From: Raphidiopsis brookii D9
Lineage (GTDB): Bacteria; Cyanobacteriota; Cyanobacteriia; Cyanobacteriales; Nostocaceae
Reading direction: 5' to 3'
NCBI GenBank assembly: GCA_000175855.1
Contig: ACYB01000022.1
Span: 71,026 to 103,025 of the forward strand
DNA: 32,000 nt
The position numbers were made by a program, and so were the translations under genes. Below are positions 1 through 8,267 of this stretch, one piece after another (the first letter of the stretch is position 1; every line of letters starts with the position of its first letter). The notes below the pieces were generated by a model that made no database searches, was not told the DNA's origin, and was given only the letters and a program-made list of their open reading frames with translations.

Positions 1-44
1 AAACGGGATTCTAGAAAACGACTTAGATCATCAAATAGACTCAC
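1..44 (-). CDS. 5' end of an unidentified CDS running off the left edge (14 codons visible: V/M-SLFDDLSRFLESR...)
   Basis: A minus-strand GTG at 44-42 is preceded 8 nt upstream by GGAG (complement of 53-56). The frame stays open to position 1. It is too short for a product call. Confidence 0.25.
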   Translation of the reverse strand, partial: MSLFDDLSRFLESR

Positions 45-126
45 TGTAAAAACTCCAAAGGTAGATATATTTATGATATGATGTCAGGGATGCTCAATTA
101 CCTAGCCATTTTTAGCGATGGGAGAC

Positions 127-939
127 TCAAATAGAATCCAAATAACGACGTAACTTGCTACTAAAAATATCAATTACTGTCACCACGACTAACAATACTA
201 ACATCATAGTGGTCGCTTTATTATACTCAAAACCGTCTATATAACTCTTTAACTGAAATCCAATTCCACCTGCACCCACCACACCTAGCACGGAAGCAGC
301 ACGGATATTATACTCAAACATCCACAGAGTATAACCCAGTCCCAAAGGTAACACTTGAGGTAATATGCCATATTGAACCATTTGTAACTTTGACGCACCA
401 ATTACCTGCAAAGATTCCAATGAACTAGAATCTACAGCTTCAATAGCTTGCTGATAAAATTTCGCAAGATAGCCAATGGTGTAGATAGCTAGGGCTAAGG
501 TTCCAGCGGGCGCGCCTAAACCTGTAGCAGCGACAAAAATTAAGCCTAGAATGATTGAGGGAACAGAACGAACAGTATTTTGGAGTAAATTAGCTAACCA
601 TTGCAACCACAAAGGTGCAATATTATTAGCACTAGCTACTGCAATTGGTAAGGAGAGCAGCGCGCCAATAGAAGTTCCCCATAAAGACATTTGTACGGTT
701 TCTATTAGTGCTTTAATGGCTATATCAACCACTTGCCAGTCGGGGGGAAATAACCTGACAATAAAATCTGTAATATAGGGCCAACTGGTTTTGACTAATT
801 CAAAATCAACTTTTAACCCTTGCAATGCCCAAAAATACACCCCTACTACCACTAAAATGATAATTAAGTTCCTCAACCAAAAGAAACGATTAGGATAATA
901 AAAATGATTAAATGGGTGGTGTTGAGGTGTTTTTTTCAT
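127..939 (-). CDS. phnE: phosphonate/phosphite ABC transporter permease PhnE
   Basis: 270-aa multi-TM ORF with an ATG start at 939-937. It resembles the PhnE-type binding-protein-dependent permease and is the last gene of a phnD-phnC-phnE array on the minus strand. Confidence 0.85.
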   Translation of the reverse strand: MKKTPQHHPFNHFYYPNRFFWLRNLIIILVVVGVYFWALQGLKVDFELVKTSWPYITDFIVRLFPPDWQVVDIAIKALIETVQMSLWGTSIGALLSLPIAVASANNIAPLWLQWLANLLQNTVRSVPSIILGLIFVAATGLGAPAGTLALAIYTIGYLAKFYQQAIEAVDSSSLESLQVIGASKLQMVQYGILPQVLPLGLGYTLWMFEYNIRAASVLGVVGAGGIGFQLKSYIDGFEYNKATTMMLVLLVVVTVIDIFSSKLRRYLDSI

Positions 940-1003
940 ATTTCAAATTTTGTGACATGTCCTTGGATATATTTTCCTCAACTTTGTAGTCGTAGTAGTC
1001 GTA

Positions 1004-1822
1004 TTATATAATAGGGGGTTCTGTCTGAAATTGAAAATTTAGTTTGTCTCTTAACTGGTCTAAGTGGTCTAACTTGTTTAAGTTATCAACCTTGGGCGCG
1101 GGTTCCTGGACAAATTTTTCTGGTAGGTTATTAGGTTTACCATCATAAACAATACGTCCAGCATCTAAAACTATAGCACGGTCAGCATATTTCGCAGCCA
1201 TACCTAAGTCATGTAGGACAGCAATGATGGTTAGTCCTTGCTCCCGATTCAATTGGGTGAGAGTCTCCATCACCTGTTGAGATGCTATCACATCTAAACC
1301 AGTAATTGGTTCATCCGCTAAAAGGATTTGTGGGGATTGAATTAGCGCACGTGCAATAGCAACTCTTTGTTGTTGTCCACCACTTAGTTGATTGGTTCTT
1401 TGATGAATTTTACTTTTTAAGCCAAATTGTGCTAGCAATTCCTGTGCTAAAAATCGGTCTTGTAGTGGAAAACCAAATAAAGTTTGTGTAGTTTTTCTCT
1501 TCCCTAAACGACCACACAAAACATTATCCAAAACTGATAGCTGTCCTATTAATCCACCACCTTGAAATAACATACCAATCTCTTGACGAATTTCTGGTAA
1601 TGTCTGGTTTGTCATCACTCGATTATTAATATAAACTGAGCCATCTAGTACGGGTACTAACCCTACAAGCGATCGCAAGAGGGTGGACTTACCAGCTCCG
1701 TTTAAACCCAATAGAACTACAAATTCACCTTGGGCAATCTCTAAATCAATCCCATTGAGGATGGGACGATTTGAGGATGGGGTGTAACTTGTTTTTAGAT
1801 TGTGACATTCAATTAGTTTCAT
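1004..1822 (-). CDS. phnC: phosphonate ABC transporter ATP-binding protein PhnC
   Basis: Walker A GLNGAGKST, ABC signature LSGGQQQRVAIARAL and Walker B ILLADEP are present. The ORF-track start at 1834 is a TTG, so I prefer the ATG at 1822-1820 (MKLIECHNL...). Confidence 0.88.
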   Translation of the reverse strand: MKLIECHNLKTSYTPSSNRPILNGIDLEIAQGEFVVLLGLNGAGKSTLLRSLVGLVPVLDGSVYINNRVMTNQTLPEIRQEIGMLFQGGGLIGQLSVLDNVLCGRLGKRKTTQTLFGFPLQDRFLAQELLAQFGLKSKIHQRTNQLSGGQQQRVAIARALIQSPQILLADEPITGLDVIASQQVMETLTQLNREQGLTIIAVLHDLGMAAKYADRAIVLDAGRIVYDGKPNNLPEKFVQEPAPKVDNLNKLDHLDQLRDKLNFQFQTEPPII

Positions 1823-1952
1823 GGTAGTAACCAAGTTATTGTTAATTAAAAATATTCTAGCACTTCTAAACAGTTTGTGACAGTAAATAGCCTGGTAGAA
1901 AACTACTTATAGAAGTTACATATCGCACCATTTCCCCATTTTTCGCCCCCAA

Positions 1953-2933
1953 TTATGGTTCTATGCCCAAATTTTTCAGAGCATCGCGGACGGGTTTCAA
2001 GTGACGATTATGATCGACTCTCACTAGCTCGGTGGAATTATACAAACCCTGCAATAATTGGTTATTTTCTGGTTTGTTTAACTTGAGAAAGGCGTTAATA
2101 ATTTTTTCTCGCATGACTACTGGAACATCATCATCAACAACTATTCCATGAGCGGGAACACCGGATATTTTATACAGCACTCGCAATTTAGCAGCATCTG
2201 TGGTAGATATATAGGGAGGATACATGGCATACTCGGAAACTGTTGCTACATCTGCTTGACCACGCACTACTGCTTCCAAGGCTTTACTGTAATTACCTCC
2301 ATAGGTAATTTGACCAAAGAAACCTTCCATCCGGTCTTTGTCCGGGACAAATCCGTTCTTCACCAACTCACTGACTGGAAAAATAAACCCTGATCCAGAG
2401 GTGGGGGAGGTAAAGGCAATTTTTTTGCCTCTGAGCTGCTCCATTGTCGCTTTAGCAGAAGCTTTGGGAGTTAGAGGACTGTCTTTGGCAACTACAAATA
2501 TGGAATTATAGGTGTATCTCCCAGAATAATTTGAACGTGTTTCTGCTAAGTGCATACGAGAATTTGCCAGTTTCTCCGCTTTTAAGGCTGGACGACTGCT
2601 TAAAAAAGCCACATCCGCACGATTTGCTCTTAGAGCTTCTACAGCAGCAGTATCATCACTAATTTGCGCTGTTACAGGTATTCCTAACTCCCGAGATAGG
2701 AAGTTGGCTACTTTCCCGACTTGTTCTTGCAGATTGGGAGCATCCTTCCGACTGGGAAAGACTATGGTCAGATTTTTGAGATTTTTTGTAAGTAATAGTG
2801 GTACTACTGGAGGAGGAGTGGAGTTAGCCACCATGGGTTGGGTCTTCACCACATTGCTGATAAATAAACTTGTCACTGTTGCCAATGTACTGGCAATCAA
2901 GAACTTTCTTTTCAGGAATTGGTCAAAGTTCAT
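1953..2933 (-). CDS. phnD: phosphonate/phosphite/phosphate ABC transporter substrate-binding protein PhnD
   Basis: 326 aa with an ATG at 2933-2931 and an N-terminal hydrophobic export segment. The body is PhnD-like (…KKIAFTSPTSGSGFIFP…, …GQADVATVSEYA…). It is the first gene of the phnDCE array. Confidence 0.85.
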   Translation of the reverse strand: MNFDQFLKRKFLIASTLATVTSLFISNVVKTQPMVANSTPPPVVPLLLTKNLKNLTIVFPSRKDAPNLQEQVGKVANFLSRELGIPVTAQISDDTAAVEALRANRADVAFLSSRPALKAEKLANSRMHLAETRSNYSGRYTYNSIFVVAKDSPLTPKASAKATMEQLRGKKIAFTSPTSGSGFIFPVSELVKNGFVPDKDRMEGFFGQITYGGNYSKALEAVVRGQADVATVSEYAMYPPYISTTDAAKLRVLYKISGVPAHGIVVDDDVPVVMREKIINAFLKLNKPENNQLLQGLYNSTELVRVDHNRHLKPVRDALKNLGIEP

Positions 2934-3102
2934 TAGTAATAATTCTCAGTATTTTTGCAAATTAGTTTCAACTAATCCTAAAACTTTTGAGAATAAAAGT
3001 CAATAGGCTCGCGTAGAAAATTTTGCGATTCAAAATATAATTAAAGTATTAGTACTTATTATATTAAGATTAAATACTATCGAAACAAAAGAGGATGGGA
3101 CA

Positions 3103-3720
3103 ATGTCAAGAAAAAACATAATCAATCCAGAACAATCTTACACATTTGCAGACTATTTTAAACTTAACTTTGCTCCACAAGACATTTTGGCTTATTTCAA
3201 TGTTTCCTTAGAACGTTCCATTTTAGAATTAGCACGGTCCACTAATGATCTGGATCGTTTATATGACTTGAAAAAACGTATTGAAGAAGTATTGCCTCGT
3301 TTAAGTCTTACCAGCGAAATTGCACGCAGAGAATTTTTGATTGCTCCAGTATTAACAGACCTACTACACTACACGGAAGCTACCCTAAACATTGAATATC
3401 CTGTAGTAGTCAACAATCAACTAAAAGGTTCTTTGGACTACCTTATCCAAAATTCTCAAGTTTTTCTAGTGGTGGAAGCTAAAAATGAAGACCTAGAAAA
3501 AGGCTTTTTACAGTTAGCAGTGGAATTAATCGCCCTTGATCAATGGATGGAATCGGATCTTGACGTGTTAAATGGTGCAGTTTCTACGGGGAATATTTGG
3601 CAATTTGCAAAATTTAACACTCAGGATCGTATAATAACTCAAGATATTAATTTGTATCGTGTTCCCGCTGATTTAGAAGAAGTTTTGCGGATCCTAGTAA
3701 AGATACTGGCATCCCAATAA
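3103..3720 (+). CDS. hypothetical protein with a restriction-endonuclease-like PD-(D/E)XK core (HsdR-N / Mrr-cat-like fold)
   Basis: 205-aa ORF with an ATG preceded by GAGGA. Ordered catalytic-type motifs are SEIARREF (E), GSLDYLI (D) and VVEAK (ExK), followed by a Q in LQLAVEL. This is the arrangement of type I restriction enzyme R N-terminal-like domains. Confidence 0.6.
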   Translation: MSRKNIINPEQSYTFADYFKLNFAPQDILAYFNVSLERSILELARSTNDLDRLYDLKKRIEEVLPRLSLTSEIARREFLIAPVLTDLLHYTEATLNIEYPVVVNNQLKGSLDYLIQNSQVFLVVEAKNEDLEKGFLQLAVELIALDQWMESDLDVLNGAVSTGNIWQFAKFNTQDRIITQDINLYRVPADLEEVLRILVKILASQ

Positions 3721-3878
3721 CCAGTCCTAGCTATAAGTGATTGCAACGGAGGCCAACCAAAACTTCCCAACCCCCATCAAATAGTTTTCCAGCAACTTTT
3801 ATATCAGATGGTATATCGGGTGGGTCAATTTTCCGGTAAAATACTTTGAGATATTTAAACGTTGACAAGAGAATTACC

Positions 3879-4583
3879 ATGACAGTTGCAACAGCTTTTG
3901 ACTTAGACAGTTTAAATGAACAATTTGAAACCGCCACTCCTACGGAAATCCTGGCATGGTCGGTGGAAAACATACCTACGGGTTTAGTCCAAACCAGTGC
4001 TTTCAATGTTGATGACTTGATTATTACCCATATTCTTTATGAAGTACTGGATCACCCAACACCAGTGATTTTTCTTGATACCCTTCATCACTTTGAACAA
4101 ACTTTAGACTTGGTTGCTAAAGCTAAAACAGTTTATGGCTTAGACTTAAAGACCTATAAAGTACCTGATGTATATAGTCGTGAGGAGTTTACCGCTAAGT
4201 ATGGAGAGGCGTTGTGGGATAGTGATATTAGTAAATTTCATCAAGTTACTAAAATTGAACCTTTACAGCGTGGATTGGATGAATTAAATACGGTAGGTTG
4301 GATTACTGGTCGTCGTCGGGATCAGGCGGTTACCCGTGCGAATATGCCCGTGTTTGAGTTGGATAATCAAGGGCGCTTGAAAATTAATCCCTTGGCCACT
4401 TGGACAAGAAAAGAAAGCTGGGAGTATGTAGCTGAATACAAAGTAATTTATAATCCCCTACATGATCAAGGATACCCAAGTATTGGTGATGAGCCAATTA
4501 CTACTAGGGTAGCTGATGGAGAAGATGAAAGAGCTGGACGTTGGCGCGGTACTGGGAAGACTGAGTGTGGTATTCACATTTAA
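3879..4583 (+). CDS. cysH: phosphoadenosine phosphosulfate (PAPS) reductase, thioredoxin-dependent type
   Basis: PAPS_reduct-type sequence ending in the redox motif KTECGIHI. No Fe-S Cys pairs were seen. The track start at 3846 is TTG, and the ATG at 3879 (MTVATAFDLDSLNEQF...) is the more plausible start. Confidence 0.88.
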   Translation: MTVATAFDLDSLNEQFETATPTEILAWSVENIPTGLVQTSAFNVDDLIITHILYEVLDHPTPVIFLDTLHHFEQTLDLVAKAKTVYGLDLKTYKVPDVYSREEFTAKYGEALWDSDISKFHQVTKIEPLQRGLDELNTVGWITGRRRDQAVTRANMPVFELDNQGRLKINPLATWTRKESWEYVAEYKVIYNPLHDQGYPSIGDEPITTRVADGEDERAGRWRGTGKTECGIHI

Positions 4584-4602
4584 CATTTAAATTAGATATA
4601 AG

Positions 4603-4623
4603 TCCCACACTGACAGTGTGGGA
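4603..4623 (+). terminator. post-cysH hairpin (TCCCACACTG-A-CAGTGTGGGA)
   Basis: Perfect 10-bp inverted repeat beginning 20 nt after the cysH stop. No U-run follows, so its role as a terminator or 3'-end stabiliser is only inferred. Confidence 0.3.
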
Positions 4624-4655
4624 GCGTATCATGAAAAAAAGATTGCCGTAAATCC

Positions 4656-5899
4656 ATGATCAAAATTCTACACCTTTCAGATATTCATATAGGAAGCGGT
4701 TTTCCCACGGACGTATTAACCCCAACACTGGATTAAACACACGCCTGGAGGATTTTGTTAATACCCTATCTTTATGTATTGATCGGGCCCTGTCTGAACC
4801 GGTGGATATGGTTATATTTGGTGGTGATGCTTTTCCGGATGCTACACCTCCACCCTACGTACAAGAAGCATTTGCCAGTCAGTTTCGTAGGTTAGTTGAT
4901 GCCCATATTCCAACGGTTTTATTAGTTGGCAATCATGATTTACATTCTCAGGGTATAGGAGGAGCAAGTCTTAATATTTACCGAACTTTGGGAGTGCCTG
5001 GTTTTGTAGTGGGTGACAGTTTGACTACCCATCATATTCAAACCCCCAATGGTAAGGTACAAGTAATTACTCTACCTTGGTTGACTAGATCTATGTTAAT
5101 GACCCGCAAGGAAACTACGGGAATGTCTATGGCTGAGGTTAATCAACTTTTGACTGATAAATTACAAGTGGTTTTAGAAGGAGAGGTGAGAAATTTAGAC
5201 CCAAATCTGCCCACCATACTTTTAGCCCATTTGATGGCTGATAATGCTATGTTGGGTGCGGAACGTTTATTAGCTGTAGGTAAGGGTTTTACTCTGCCAG
5301 CTTCTTTGTTGATTAGACCATGTTTTGATTATGTGGCATTAGGCCATGTCCACTGTCATCAAAATCTGAATAAATCCAACGACCCACCTGTGGTTTATCC
5401 TGGTAGTATTGAGCGAGTGGATTTTAGCGAAGAAAAAGAACAAAAGGGTTATGTAATGGTCGAGTTGGAAAAAGGTAGGGCCAATTGGCAGTTTTGCCCA
5501 CTACCTGCTCGTGTTTTTCGTACCATCGAGGTGGATTTATCCCCCAGCGACAATCCTCAACAAACATTATTGCAGGCGATCGCCAAACATGACCTAACCG
5601 GGACTGTAGTCAGACTAGTTTATAAACTGCGGTCGGAACAATTAGACGTAATAGAAAACGCTGTTATTCATAAGGCTCTAGGAGATGCACATCATTACAC
5701 GATTCACCCAGAACTAGTGAGTCAATTAGCCAGACCGCGAATTCCCGAATTAAATGCTAGTAGTAGTATTGATCCCATAGAGGCATTAAAAACCTACTTA
5801 AACAATCGTGAAGATTTAAAAGATATTGCCACATATATGTTAGAAGCAGCACAAGAATTATTAGGAGATGAGGAGACTAAGATTTTGGTAGACAGATAG
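4656..5899 (+). pseudogene. sbcD: SbcD/Mre11-family metallophosphoesterase nuclease, interrupted by a 1-nt frameshift in the T4 run at 4700-4703 (or a homopolymer sequencing error)
   Basis: ATG 4656 gives MIKILHLSDIHIGSGF (motif I, DxH), then a stop at 4734-4736. From 4703 the adjacent frame reads SHGRINPNTGLNTRLEDFVNTLSLCIDRALSEPVDMVIFGGDAFPD… with GNHD and GHVH motifs, through to 5899. Confidence 0.8.
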
Positions 5900-5978
5900 T
5901 GATACTTTGTTGTTTTGCCTTCATGAATAATGCAGGTTAATTTATAAACTATAAACACATTTGTTTGGTAGGCCACCT

Positions 5979-7814
5979 ATGTCATTCTACCCTCAGATCA
6001 AACAATTTGTCATTGGTAAATCCTTACCTACGACTGCTCATATTGAGGAAAGATTAAGTAATGCTGCTGCTTTGGCAGTTCTATCCTCGGACGCATTATC
6101 TTCTGTTGCTTATGCGACAGAGGAAATTTTATTAGTTTTAATGGCTGCTGGTACTGGTGCTCTAGGTTTATCTCTCCCCATTAGCATTGCTATTATTTTG
6201 CTATTAGCAATAGTTGTACTTTCCTATCGTCAAACCATCCGTGCTTATCCTCAAGGTGGAGGCTCTTACATTGTAGCCAGAGAAAATATAGGTTTATATG
6301 CTGGTTTAATAGCAGGTAGCTCCTTAATGATTGATTATATTTTGACGGTTACCGTAAGTATATCAGCCGGAACGGCTGCATTAACCTCGGCAATGCCATT
6401 TTTAAGAGATCACACAGTTCTTTTATGTTTGATTTTTATATTCCTATTAATGCTAGCCAATCTCAGGGGAGTTAAGGAATCAGGGAAGATATTTATGATT
6501 CCGACCTATGCCTTTATTACTACTATTTTTCTATTGATTATTGTTGGTTTAATTCAACATGTGACCGGACAGGTATCAACATCATATCCCATAATTCCCA
6601 TCAGTCAGGAATTAAGCTTATTCTTTGTTTTGCGGGCTTTTGCTGCTGGCTGTACTGCACTTACTGGGGTGGAAGCTATTTCTGATGGAGTATTAGCGTT
6701 TAAACCCCCCGAGTGGAAAAATGCCCGTTTGACCCTAGTGTATTTGGGAATTATTCTGAGTTTCATGTTTGTGGGAATTAGCTTTTTAGCCAATTCCCAT
6801 CATATTGTCCCCGAATCTGGACAGACTGTCCTTTCCTTATTAGGAAGAGAAATTTTTGGTGTCAGTCCCATTTATTATTTCCTCCAAATTGTGACTTTGT
6901 TAGTCTTATTATTAGCTGCAAATACCAGCTATGCGGATTTTCCTCGATTGTGTTACTTCCTGGCCAGAGATGGATTTTTACCCCGCCAATTATCACTACT
7001 GGGCGATCGCCTGGTCTATTCCAATGGCATTATCCTCCTAAGTGCTTGTGCAGCGATTTTAGTCATTCTCTTTAAAGGTGAAGTGAATGCGGTTATTCCT
7101 CTATATGCAGTAGGTGTATTTACTTCTTTTACCCTTTCGCAAGCGGGAATGGTTCGTCACTGGTTTGTTCAAAAGAGTCCGGGTTGGCAAGCTAGTGCCA
7201 TGATGAATGGGGTAGGTACAATTACTACGTTAGTTGTTTTATTAGTGATTATTTACACTAAATTTTTGAGAGGTGCCTGGCTAGTAGTTGTAGCCATTCC
7301 TATATTTGTCAGCTTGTTTTTAGGCATTGCCCGTCATTATCAGTATGTAGCCAGGGGTTTGAGTGTTCAGGATATAGTACGGCCTAGCTATACACCCAGA
7401 CCAAAACTGGAAGTAATCACTCATCCTGCGGTTGTAGTAATTGGTCAACTCAACCTAGGAACAGTACAAGCTTTGGACTATGCACGTCTAATTGCGGATG
7501 AAATTGTTGCTGTTCATGTGGATATTGGCTCTACGGACAGGGAAAAACTGTGGGAAAAATGGCAAAAATTAGAATCAGATATTCCCCTGCATATTATTGA
7601 CTCCCCCTATCGTTCTGTAATTGACCCCATAGTTAAGTTTATCGGTGAATTTGAAGAGCGTTATCCCGATGTTTTTACAACCATAATTATCCCTGCTTTT
7701 GTCACCCGTAACTGGTGGGATGCCATTCTACATAACCAAACTAGCTTATTCTTAAAGAATGCCTTACGGGCGAAAAAAAGTCGAGTTGTCACCACGGTAA
7801 GATACTTTTTATGA
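5979..7814 (+). CDS. APC-superfamily permease (amino acid/polyamine-type transporter) with a C-terminal soluble extension
   Basis: About 12 hydrophobic segments with APC-like N-terminal sequence (…LSSDALSSVAYATEEILLVL…), followed by a hydrophilic tail of about 150 aa. The ATG at 5979 is preferred over the TTG at 5961. Confidence 0.75.
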   Translation: MSFYPQIKQFVIGKSLPTTAHIEERLSNAAALAVLSSDALSSVAYATEEILLVLMAAGTGALGLSLPISIAIILLLAIVVLSYRQTIRAYPQGGGSYIVARENIGLYAGLIAGSSLMIDYILTVTVSISAGTAALTSAMPFLRDHTVLLCLIFIFLLMLANLRGVKESGKIFMIPTYAFITTIFLLIIVGLIQHVTGQVSTSYPIIPISQELSLFFVLRAFAAGCTALTGVEAISDGVLAFKPPEWKNARLTLVYLGIILSFMFVGISFLANSHHIVPESGQTVLSLLGREIFGVSPIYYFLQIVTLLVLLLAANTSYADFPRLCYFLARDGFLPRQLSLLGDRLVYSNGIILLSACAAILVILFKGEVNAVIPLYAVGVFTSFTLSQAGMVRHWFVQKSPGWQASAMMNGVGTITTLVVLLVIIYTKFLRGAWLVVVAIPIFVSLFLGIARHYQYVARGLSVQDIVRPSYTPRPKLEVITHPAVVVIGQLNLGTVQALDYARLIADEIVAVHVDIGSTDREKLWEKWQKLESDIPLHIIDSPYRSVIDPIVKFIGEFEERYPDVFTTIIIPAFVTRNWWDAILHNQTSLFLKNALRAKKSRVVTTVRYFL

Positions 7815-7879
7815 TCTAATGTAACCTTATCCATTAATAATCCCTTGGTTTTTCATAACTAAGATTTAGCTCCTTTAAA

Positions 7880-7928
7880 AAGAGAGTGGGAGGAGGCATT
7901 ACCAAGCGCCATTCACTCCCACTCTCTT
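7880..7928 (+). terminator. long stem-loop 3' of the permease gene (12-13 bp perfect stem, 23-nt loop)
   Basis: AGAGAGTGGGAG (7881-7892) is the exact reverse complement of CTCCCACTCTCT (7916-7927), and A7880/T7928 can extend the stem. It starts 66 nt after the permease stop. No clean U-run follows. Confidence 0.4.
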
Positions 7929-8267
7929 ATTTGCTGCTGAAGCGTTTAGGGAACATCACTGACAAACCTAATCGTTAATTAGGGGGGTAATTTGTAATCG
8001 ACTAGGTTTGTATTCATTGATCATTCCTATTGCAGCAAATGCTCATTTTGTTTATTCGTTTAACAAACTGTAAGAGACTCACTCTTTTTTTGTTTGTCTA
8101 GTTCAATGTAACCCCCTTTCAAAGTCTCTGGTTGCCAAGTTGGCACTTAGTTGAGATTTTATCAAAAAATTCTGTTTCCTGGTAACATCATACATTATTG
8201 TATTATACATTTACCGGACTTGACTACTGAATTTGAAACTTCATATTTTTGCTTATTATAACCAACC

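Noticed and set aside
2148-3006. Plus-strand ORFs 2148..2393 and 2704..3006, antisense to phnD
   Set aside because: These are shadow ORFs of phnD with no independent support.
3040-3075. Possible Pho boxes (TTAAAG, TTAAGA, TTAAAT) upstream of phnD
   Set aside because: The half-sites do not match the PyTTAAPyPy(T/A) consensus well, and their spacing (23 and 6 bp) is not the expected 11-bp periodicity. In DNA this AT-rich, such TTAA motifs are expected by chance.
3731-4006. 91-aa minus-strand ORF overlapping the cysH start
   Set aside because: It is antisense to cysH and its promoter region, with no motif. The cysH call is far better supported.
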